This document shows positions 56,316-64,000 of a stretch of 64,000 nucleotides of DNA, one piece after another. Numbering within the stretch: position 1 is the stretch's first letter; every line of letters starts with the position of its first letter. The notes below the pieces were generated by a model. The model saw only the letters and a program-made list of their open reading frames with translations. It was not told the origin of the DNA and did no database searches. A program made the translations under genes and the position numbers. The DNA comes from Bacillota bacterium (GTDB lineage Bacteria > Bacillota_I > Bacilli_A > RF39 > UBA660), in the NCBI GenBank assembly GCA_015059405.1, contig SVAL01000001.1, forward strand, positions 72,032 to 136,031, given 5' to 3'.

Positions 56316-59300
56316 ATGATAGAGTGGTGCTATAAAATGAATAATAGAATTGGTAATAGTAATAATTTAGGTAAGCATGAACCTTATGGGAATAGGGAAC
56401 TTAAATATTATAAAGATATATATGGTAATGATGTTAGATTAATGACTAGTAAAGAGAGAAATATAGTTAATAAGTCATTAATTATTTCATCTGTTTTTAT
56501 TGTGGTTTTGTTGTGTGGGTTCTTTTATAAAGCTTATTTGGTAAAAAAAGAAGTTAGTGAAAGAACAAAACTTTATTTAACTTCTGGTGAAAGTATTCTT
56601 GAGGGAAAAGACATTGTTAATGCTGGTGGTGTTATAGTATCAGAAGATGAAGAAGTTGTTGCAGTAGAAGATGATGGTACTATTATTGCTAAGAATAGTG
56701 GTACTACTAATGTTACTGTTTATAAGAATATAGATGAGTGTGATTTATATAGTACTAATATAAAAAATGATAAAGATTTATCTATTTATGATCAATATAA
56801 TGCTTTAGGAGTAGAAGGAGAATTTACTTTTGAAGTTACTGTTCAGCAAAGTGTTACTGGTGTTTCTTTAGGAATGGCTGTTGTTAATATGAATGTTGGA
56901 GAAACTAATAAATTAGATGTTAATGTTTTCCCGCATGCTTCTTATAATAAAGATGTTGTATGGACTAGTAGTAATACTAATGTTGCGGTTGTTGATAGTA
57001 AGGGTGTTGTTACAGCAAGAGGTGTTGGTAATGCTACTATTACTGTTACAACTAAAGATGGTAGTTTTAGGGATTCAACTTTAGTTAGAGTTTCTAAGAA
57101 AGTAAGTAATGATTCTATTTATTTAACTATGGATTCTAATATTATGTATGTTAATGAAGTTTCTAATTTAATTACTGTTGTTACTCCTGATGAGAAGTTA
57201 TTATCTAAGGTAGTTTATTCTAGTAGTGATGCTAGTAAAGTATCTGTTACATCTAATGGTAAAGTAGTAGCTAAAAGAGAAGGGAAAGCAACAATTACAG
57301 CAAGAATTGCATCTGAAGGGATTTCAGCTAGTATAGATGTTATAGTTGAGAAAAAAGTGGTAGAAGATATTTATTTATCTAGTACTAATTTAACGTTAAA
57401 GGTAAATGATAATTATCGTTTAAAAACAAGTTTTTATCCAGTAGATGCTAAAAGTAATGTAACTTATACTTCTAGTAATAGCAATGTTGCATCTGTTGAT
57501 TCAAAAGGAAATATAAAAGCTTTAAAAGAAGGGTTAGCTGTTATTACTGTTAAAAGTAATAATCATGTTTCTGAAAAGTGTTTAGTTGAAGTTAAAAAGA
57601 AATTTAATGAAAGTAGTGGAATTGATATTTCTATTGATAAAACAAATATAAATATTGGAGAACGTGCTTTTATTTCTGCTTTAGTTGAACCAAGTAATAG
57701 TTATAATAAAAATGTTACTTATACTTCTAGTGATAGTGGTATTGCAAAAGTATTTAATGATGGTTCTGTACTTGGTGTTAGTGAAGGTAATGTAGTGATT
57801 ACTGTTACTAATGCTAGTGGTATTAGTGAAAATATATCTTTAAAAGTAAATAAAACAAATATTAATATTGAGAAGATAACACTAGATTCTTATATTACTT
57901 TAGAATCAGGAACAAGTCGTAAGATAAAGACTTCTATTTATCCTAGTGGTGCTAATAGTGGAAATATGGTTTGGTCTAGTTTGGATTCAACTATTGCTAA
58001 AGTTGATTCTAGAGGCGTAGTTACTGGTGTTAGAGATGGTAGTACTACAATTACTGTTACAAGTGGTAATGTTAGTAGTAGTGTTGTTGTAAAAGTTACT
58101 GAAGTAAAAGCTGAAAGTTTAGTTTTAAACTACGATGAACTTAATCTGCTTATTGGTAATTCGGTTGATTTAAAAACAAATATTATGCCTACTAATACTA
58201 CTAATCTTGATGTTAGTTATATTAGTTTAGATGAGGATGTTGTTAAGGTAGATAATAATGGTCGTGTTAAAGCGTTAAAAGAAGGAAAAACTGATGTTAT
58301 TGTTGTTTCTAAGAGTAATCCTAGTGTTAAGAGTAAATGTAGTATAAATGTATCTAAAGTGGATGTTGAATCTTTTAAATTATCTCATGATCAAGTTATA
58401 GTTGAAGTGGGTAAAGAAGTTAAATTATCAACTAGTAATATTAAACCTAGTCATGCATCTTATAAAAATGCTAAATATGATGTTTTAGACAAAACTTTAG
58501 CAAGTGTTGATAATGGTGTTATTAAAGGAGTTAGTGTTGGTAATACTAAGATAACTGTTGTTGTAGATGGTATTAGTAAAACAATAGATTTAACGGTTGT
58601 ACCTAAGGGAGATAAGGTTTATTTTATAGATACTTATTCTTCAGTTAGTGATGCTATTTTACTTGAAAGTAATGGTAAGTATGCTTTAATTGATACGGGA
58701 AGTAATGCATCTTCTATTAAGACTATTAAATTTTTAAAAGATTTAGGAGTTAAGAAATTAGATTTTATTTTAATTACTCATTTCCATGGTAATAATTTTG
58801 GTGGAATATATGGAGAAAATCCTACTAATAATCTTTTACTTAGTGATATAAAGGTAGATAAGTTATATATGAAACCATATTCTGGTAGTGATAGTTATTT
58901 CTTAGGTTCTAATAAGAATTTGTTAAAGGATAGAGAAGATATTATAGATAGACGTGTTATGAAAAATGAAATGTATGTTAGTATTAAAGATAATGCTACT
59001 AGAAATAATGTTTCTTTTATAACTTTAAATACTAAGAATAATATTTTAAACTTAGGTAATTTTAAACTTGATTTATATAATTTACAAGATCAATTGAAAT
59101 CTTATAGTTCAAAGTGTTTAGAGAAGAGAAATTGTAATGAAAATAGTAATTCTATTGTTGTTTATGCTAAAGTAAATGGTAAGGGTATATATTTTGCTAG
59201 TGATATTTATAATGCATATCATAGTGATGATACTAAGTATTTAAAAACTAAAACAGAAGAAGAAATATCTAAAATTATTTCAAAAGAATATGGTAAAAAT

Positions 59301-59540
59301 GTTGATATATATAAAGCTTCTAATCATGGAGATAGTTCTAGTAATGTTACTAATGCTTTAAAAAATATTAATCCAAAATATTCTATTATTACTAATAGTA
59401 AAAATAATATAAATAATACTTCAGGTATTGATAGAATTAAGAAATATACTAAAAATGATATTTATTATTCTTTAGATGGTACGGTTGTTGCTAATATTGA
59501 TTCAAAAGGAAATATAAGTTTTATCCAGATGGATGATTAA
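56316..59540 (+). CDS. Membrane-anchored surface protein with about seven Big_2 Ig-like domains and a C-terminal ComEC-type metallo-beta-lactamase-fold domain
   Basis: TM helix 'LIISSVFIVVLLCGFFY'. Seven repeats follow the pattern '..P..A..K.V.(W/Y)(T/S)SS(N/D)..VA.VD..G.V.A...G.A.ITV'. The C-terminus 'ALIDTGS...FILITHFHGNNFGG...YKASNHGDSSSN' is colinear with the ComEC MBL domain. Alternative start at 56337. Confidence 0.7.
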   Translation: MIEWCYKMNNRIGNSNNLGKHEPYGNRELKYYKDIYGNDVRLMTSKERNIVNKSLIISSVFIVVLLCGFFYKAYLVKKEVSERTKLYLTSGESILEGKDIVNAGGVIVSEDEEVVAVEDDGTIIAKNSGTTNVTVYKNIDECDLYSTNIKNDKDLSIYDQYNALGVEGEFTFEVTVQQSVTGVSLGMAVVNMNVGETNKLDVNVFPHASYNKDVVWTSSNTNVAVVDSKGVVTARGVGNATITVTTKDGSFRDSTLVRVSKKVSNDSIYLTMDSNIMYVNEVSNLITVVTPDEKLLSKVVYSSSDASKVSVTSNGKVVAKREGKATITARIASEGISASIDVIVEKKVVEDIYLSSTNLTLKVNDNYRLKTSFYPVDAKSNVTYTSSNSNVASVDSKGNIKALKEGLAVITVKSNNHVSEKCLVEVKKKFNESSGIDISIDKTNINIGERAFISALVEPSNSYNKNVTYTSSDSGIAKVFNDGSVLGVSEGNVVITVTNASGISENISLKVNKTNINIEKITLDSYITLESGTSRKIKTSIYPSGANSGNMVWSSLDSTIAKVDSRGVVTGVRDGSTTITVTSGNVSSSVVVKVTEVKAESLVLNYDELNLLIGNSVDLKTNIMPTNTTNLDVSYISLDEDVVKVDNNGRVKALKEGKTDVIVVSKSNPSVKSKCSINVSKVDVESFKLSHDQVIVEVGKEVKLSTSNIKPSHASYKNAKYDVLDKTLASVDNGVIKGVSVGNTKITVVVDGISKTIDLTVVPKGDKVYFIDTYSSVSDAILLESNGKYALIDTGSNASSIKTIKFLKDLGVKKLDFILITHFHGNNFGGIYGENPTNNLLLSDIKVDKLYMKPYSGSDSYFLGSNKNLLKDREDIIDRRVMKNEMYVSIKDNATRNNVSFITLNTKNNILNLGNFKLDLYNLQDQLKSYSSKCLEKRNCNENSNSIVVYAKVNGKGIYFASDIYNAYHSDDTKYLKTKTEEEISKIISKEYGKNVDIYKASNHGDSSSNVTNALKNINPKYSIITNSKNNINNTSGIDRIKKYTKNDIYYSLDGTVVANIDSKGNISFIQMDD

Positions 59541-59586
59541 AGAAATTATATTTCTTTTTTTATGATATAATTATATTGGTGGTTAT

Positions 59587-60126
59587 ATGGAAAAGAAAAA
59601 AAAGCTAAAAAACAAAAAGATAGAGGATAAAGTTTTTTATGAGACTACTATTATTGTTGATAAGGATGAGTTTAGAAGATTTAGTAAGTTTTATTCTAAT
59701 AAACTTAAGAGTAGTTTGATTCCAAGGTTGATATTGATTGGTTTATTATTATTATCTATATTTCTGAATTACATTAAGGGTAATTTTGTAGTTGTATATA
59801 GTTTGATTGGTTTAGGTATTTTGTATCCGATTGCTTTGAATGTTACTTTAAATATGCAAATTAATCATATGTTTAAGAATAATAAAAGGTTTCATTTGAC
59901 GGAAGAAAAGTTGAGGTTTTTTGAAAAATATTTTGAAAGTAAATCTTCAATTAATTGGTGCCGAATTAATTATGAAGATATTTATAAGATTTGTGAAACT
60001 AAAAGTAATTTTTATATATTTTTAAATCATAATCAGGCTTTTATAATTATTAAAGATAAATTAAGTGATGTTGATGGTTTTAGAATTTTTATTCGTGATA
60101 AAGCTTCTTATGAAAGGTATAAATAA
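59587..60126 (+). CDS. Membrane protein (two central TM helices; YcxB-like architecture)
   Basis: Extended -10 TGATATAAT upstream. Architecture resembles 29091-29600. Confidence 0.5.
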   Translation: MEKKKKLKNKKIEDKVFYETTIIVDKDEFRRFSKFYSNKLKSSLIPRLILIGLLLLSIFLNYIKGNFVVVYSLIGLGILYPIALNVTLNMQINHMFKNNKRFHLTEEKLRFFEKYFESKSSINWCRINYEDIYKICETKSNFYIFLNHNQAFIIIKDKLSDVDGFRIFIRDKASYERYK

Positions 60127-60812
60127 TGAAGTATTTTACTTATAAATTAGATTTAATGGTTTTAAATATTCTAGCATGTGTAATTATTGTTTTATTAACG
60201 ATTATGACATATATTTTTACGGGTAATATCGATTTTATTATAGATATTAATCTTTTTAGTTTTGTATTAATATTTGTATGGTTAATTCTACATGAATTAC
60301 TTCATGGAATTGGATTTTTGTCTTTAGGTAAAGTTAAGTTTAAGAATGTAGTATTCGGTGCTGAGTTAGAAAAAGGGATTTTTTACTGTATGTGTAAAGA
60401 GAAGATATCTAAATTAAATATTTTAGTAGCACTTGTTTTACCTCTTTTATTAATAGGAATTGTTCCTTATGTTGTAGGGATATGTATTAATAACAATTTA
60501 TTAATATTACTTGGTGTTTTTAATATTTCAGGATCTATAGGTGATTTACTTATGATTATTGATATTATTTTAATGCCTAAAGATATTTTATATTTAGATT
60601 TAGATGATACTACTAGTTTTACTATTTTGAGTAAAGATGATTTAAGTAAAAATAAATATTTTTCGATTATACTTAGTAAACATGGTAAATATAATGATAG
60701 TATAAAGGCTAAAGATTATAAGAAAATAAAGGTAAGTAAGGGCTCTAATTACTTTATAGTTTTCTTTTTAATATTATTAATTATATCTATTTTAGATGTG
60801 TTAGGTGCCTAA
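60126..60812 (+). CDS. DUF3267-like membrane protein (putative zincin, HExxH)
   Basis: 'LILHELLHGIGF' lies within a TM-rich protein. The start overlaps the upstream stop. Confidence 0.6.
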   Translation: MKYFTYKLDLMVLNILACVIIVLLTIMTYIFTGNIDFIIDINLFSFVLIFVWLILHELLHGIGFLSLGKVKFKNVVFGAELEKGIFYCMCKEKISKLNILVALVLPLLLIGIVPYVVGICINNNLLILLGVFNISGSIGDLLMIIDIILMPKDILYLDLDDTTSFTILSKDDLSKNKYFSIILSKHGKYNDSIKAKDYKKIKVSKGSNYFIVFFLILLIISILDVLGA

Positions 60813-60873
60813 CATAAGTATTGATTTAATGTTACAAATAATGTAAAATTGTTTAGTATGGAGGGTAGAAAAT

Positions 60874-61455
60874 ATGGATGTATGGTTTTATAGATTGGTT
60901 CGTCCAATAGTAAAATTATTTTTCTATTTTGTATATAGACCAAAAGTTATTGGAAAAGAAAATGTACCTAAAAAAGGTAGAATAGTTATTGCGAGTAATC
61001 ATACTGATTACTTTGATTGTGTAGCGTTAGTTGCGACTAATAAACGTACTATTCATTTTTTAGCTAAAGACGAATTGTTGAAGGGATTTTGGGGACCTGC
61101 GTTTAAAGCAATGGGTATTATTCCAGTAAATAGAAGAGAAAAAGATAAGAATGCATTACCTGCAGCAATAAAAGTACTAGAAGAAGAAAGAGTAATTGGA
61201 ATTTTTCCAGAAGGGACTTTTAAAAAGGATGTAGAAGAATTGCTTCCTTTTAAAATTGGTGCGGTTAAAATGGCACATGATGCTGAAAGTATGATTTTAC
61301 CTATGGCAATAGTAGGAGAATTCAAACCTTTTAGAAAAGGTCTTACTTTAAGATTTGGTAAACCATATAAAATAACTAGTGATGATTTAGATAAAGAAAA
61401 TGATAAATTAAAGAAAAAGATTCAAGATTTAATTGATAAAGAGAGAGGTAATTAA
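60874..61455 (+). CDS. 1-acyl-sn-glycerol-3-phosphate acyltransferase family protein (PlsC-like)
   Basis: HX4D box 'NHTDYFD', 'FPEGT' and 'PFKIGA'. Confidence 0.8.
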   Translation: MDVWFYRLVRPIVKLFFYFVYRPKVIGKENVPKKGRIVIASNHTDYFDCVALVATNKRTIHFLAKDELLKGFWGPAFKAMGIIPVNRREKDKNALPAAIKVLEEERVIGIFPEGTFKKDVEELLPFKIGAVKMAHDAESMILPMAIVGEFKPFRKGLTLRFGKPYKITSDDLDKENDKLKKKIQDLIDKERGN

Positions 61456-63204
61456 ATGGGTATAATTAATGCGATTAAGAGATGGAAGAAGCCTAAGGCT
61501 CCTTGGCATAAGTACTATGAAAAAAACGAAAGAACTGTAGAAGTTCCAGAAGAATCTATTTATAATTATTTTGAAAAACAAATAAGAGATAAAGATTTCT
61601 ATAGTGCTATTGCATATGATTATTTTGGTACTACTTGTACTTTTAGACAATTTTTAAATGATATTGATAAAGCTGCTAGAGCGTTTCGTTGTCAAGGAAT
61701 TAGAGAGGGGGACGTTGTTACTGTATGTATGCCTAATACTCCAGAAGGGGTTACATGTTTATATGCTTTAAATAAGATTGGTGCAATTGCTAACTTTGTT
61801 CATCCGCTTAGTGGTGAAGAAGAAATCAAACATTATTTAACTGCTAATAAGAGCGTTATGTTAGTAATGATTGATATGTGTTATGAAAAAGTTAAGAATG
61901 TTATTCATGAAACTGATGTATATAAGACAATAGTTGTTTCTGCAAAAGACTCAATGCCATTTTTAATGGGGCTTGGATATACTTTTACTAAAGGTTTTAA
62001 AATAAAAAAACCTAAGGCTAGTCAAGAATATATCTATTGGAAAGATTTTATTCAAAAGGGTAAAAATTATCATGGTAAATATATATTTGATACACCAAAA
62101 GATCATCCAGCAGTTATTTTACATAGTGGAGGAACTACTGGTACTCCAAAAGGTATTGTACTTACAAATGGTAACTTTACATCTTTAATAGAACAAGCTA
62201 AAATCGTATTTAAAGATGTTAGACCGGGTGATAGAGCGCTTGGAATTTTACCAATATTCCATGGTTTTGGTCTTGCAGTAAATGTTTATGCATTGCAATG
62301 TTTAGGAGCTAAAGTAGTATTACTTCCGCAATTTGATGCTGGTGGATTTAAAAAATTACTTGTTAAACAAAGACCTAATGTTATATTGGGAGTTCCTACT
62401 TTATATGAAGCTTTATTAAAAATTAATGATAAAGATTTAGATTTATCTTTCTTAAAATATATTATTTCTGGAGGAGATACTATTAATTTACCTCTTGAAA
62501 GAAAAATTAATGCTTATTTAAGAGAACATGGAAGTCGCACTAGAATTGCTCAAGGTTATGGTATGACTGAATCTGTTGCTCCTACTGCAGTTGCATGGGG
62601 AGATGCTAATAAAGAAGGAAGTATTGGTATACCTCTTCCTGGTAACTACTACAAAATTGTTAGACCTGGTACTCAAGAAGAAGTTGAACAAGGTGAAGAT
62701 GGTGAAATTTGTGTATGTGGTCCTACTGTAATGATGGGGTACTTAGATAATGAAAGAGAAACTAATGAAGTATTACAAATGCATAAAGATGGTTATATTT
62801 GGCTTCATACTGGTGATATAGGATATATGGATGAAGATGGCGTATTCTTCTTTAGACAAAGATTAAAAAGAATGATTATTTCTAGTGGTTATAATGTATA
62901 TCCACAACAAATTGAAACTATTATTGAGGAACATGAAGCGGTTTTAAAATGTACTGTTATAGGAATTCCTCATCCATATAAAGTTGAAGTTCCTAAAGCA
63001 TATATTGTTCTTCGTGATGGATATAAAGCATCTTTAGGTATTAAATCTGAGATTAAAGAATTATGTAAGAAAAAACTTGCTAAGTTCTCAGTACCATATG
63101 ATTATGAATTTAGAGAAAGCTTACCAAAAACAAAGATTGGTAAAGTTGATTTTAGAGAGCTTGCTCGACAAGAAGCTGAAAGACAAGAAAAAGAGAAAAA
63201 TTAG
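61456..63204 (+). CDS. AMP-dependent acyl-CoA/acyl-ACP ligase, paralog of 13376-15085
   Basis: The ATG directly abuts the upstream TAA. 'ILHSGGTTGTPKGI', 'GYGMTES', 'TGDIGYMDEDGVFFFRQRLKRMI', 'PKTKIGKV'. Confidence 0.85.
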   Translation: MGIINAIKRWKKPKAPWHKYYEKNERTVEVPEESIYNYFEKQIRDKDFYSAIAYDYFGTTCTFRQFLNDIDKAARAFRCQGIREGDVVTVCMPNTPEGVTCLYALNKIGAIANFVHPLSGEEEIKHYLTANKSVMLVMIDMCYEKVKNVIHETDVYKTIVVSAKDSMPFLMGLGYTFTKGFKIKKPKASQEYIYWKDFIQKGKNYHGKYIFDTPKDHPAVILHSGGTTGTPKGIVLTNGNFTSLIEQAKIVFKDVRPGDRALGILPIFHGFGLAVNVYALQCLGAKVVLLPQFDAGGFKKLLVKQRPNVILGVPTLYEALLKINDKDLDLSFLKYIISGGDTINLPLERKINAYLREHGSRTRIAQGYGMTESVAPTAVAWGDANKEGSIGIPLPGNYYKIVRPGTQEEVEQGEDGEICVCGPTVMMGYLDNERETNEVLQMHKDGYIWLHTGDIGYMDEDGVFFFRQRLKRMIISSGYNVYPQQIETIIEEHEAVLKCTVIGIPHPYKVEVPKAYIVLRDGYKASLGIKSEIKELCKKKLAKFSVPYDYEFRESLPKTKIGKVDFRELARQEAERQEKEKN

Positions 63205-63225
63205 AAGGCAAATTGCCTTTTTTCT
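63205..63225 (+). terminator. Intrinsic terminator
   Basis: aaggca-aat-tgcctt followed by a T-run. Confidence 0.65.
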
Positions 63226-63287
63226 TTTATATTTAAATTTGTTGTGTTATACTTTTATTATGATGTATATAAGTAGAGGGTGTTAGA

Positions 63288-63890
63288 ATGAAAAAAAATG
63301 ATTCAAAATTTGGTTATAGATTATTAAGAGGAATACTTCTTCCAGTATTTAAACTTTATTATAATCCCAAAATATATGGTGCTGAAAATATTCCAAGTGA
63401 AGGAAATATATTAATATGTGGTAATCATAAACATATAATGGATCAATGTATGCCAATTATGGGAACAAAAAGAACTATCCACTGGATGGCTAAAAGAGAA
63501 TATTTTGATGATTGGAAAGTAGCTTGGTTTTTCAAAATGAGTGGTTGTATTAGAGTAGATAGATCAATTCATGATGAAGAAGCTAAAGGAGAAGCTTTAG
63601 AAGTTTTAAAAACAGGTGGTGCAGTTGGGTTATTCCCAGAGGGTACTCGTAATAAAACTACAGATCAATTCTTATTACCATTTAAGTTTGGGGCTGTTTC
63701 TATGGCTAAAAAAACTAATTCTAGAATTGTTCCATTTGGTATTAGTGGAGATTATAAATTTAGAAGTAAGAATTTAAGAGTAGTTATAGGTAAACCTATA
63801 AATATAGAAAAAATGGATTTAGAAGAAGCTAATAAAAAGTTAGAAAAAGAAATAGGTAAATTAATTAGAAAAGGACAAGCTATGGACTAG
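63288..63890 (+). CDS. Second PlsC-like lysophospholipid acyltransferase
   Basis: HX4D 'NHKHIMD', 'FPEGTRN' and 'PFKFGA'. Confidence 0.8.
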   Translation: MKKNDSKFGYRLLRGILLPVFKLYYNPKIYGAENIPSEGNILICGNHKHIMDQCMPIMGTKRTIHWMAKREYFDDWKVAWFFKMSGCIRVDRSIHDEEAKGEALEVLKTGGAVGLFPEGTRNKTTDQFLLPFKFGAVSMAKKTNSRIVPFGISGDYKFRSKNLRVVIGKPINIEKMDLEEANKKLEKEIGKLIRKGQAMD

Positions 63891-63959
63891 TTTGTCTTTT
63901 TTATGGTTGACAAGTGTTAAATATACACTTATAATTATATTGTAGATAGAGGTGTTGTT

Positions 63960-64000
63960 ATGGAATTAAAAAATCCTTTATATAAGAATCAAGGTATTCA
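63960..64000 (+). CDS. Start of an unidentified CDS, 3'-truncated by the window edge
   Basis: ATG at 63960 lies 5 nt after RBS AGAGGTG. Only 13 codons (MELKNPLYKNQGI) are visible. Confidence 0.3.
   Translation, partial: MELKNPLYKNQGI

Overview
Strongly AT-rich, densely coded chromosomal segment that reads with the standard bacterial code (TGA is a stop, e.g. at the end of comEA). The gene content looks like a low-GC Bacillota (Firmicutes) organism with a cell wall; I cannot place it more precisely without a search. Recognisable housekeeping genes are tcdA, mgtE, natAB-like ABC transporter, M13 peptidase, TetR plus acyl-CoA ligase, TspO, GH13 amylase, dCMP deaminase, rhodanese, tgt, FtsW/RodA, comEA/comEC, an M15 carboxypeptidase, a PaaI thioesterase and a PlsC / AMP-ligase / PlsC cluster. 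There are three tRNAs: Thr-GGU, Met-CAU and Arg-CCU. These are interleaved with many lineage-specific proteins of unknown function, several in tandem paralog arrays: 2 AAA+ ATPases, 2 x 225 aa, 5 zinc-ribbon proteins and 2 x 510 aa. Most transcription units have a recognisable extended -10 box (TGnTA(T/C)AAT) and end in a clear stem-loop plus T-run terminator. I saw no CRISPR array, transposase, integrase or rRNA. The most interesting locus is a free-standing reverse transcriptase at 34364-35560 (minus strand). Its upstream non-coding region starts at an extended -10 promoter, is bracketed by a perfect 9-nt inverted repeat and contains three internal hairpins. That layout is retron-like or defence-RT-like, but no recognisable effector lies next to it and the RT lacks the canonical retron VTG motif. 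All functional calls come from motifs read by eye in the supplied translations; no database search was possible.
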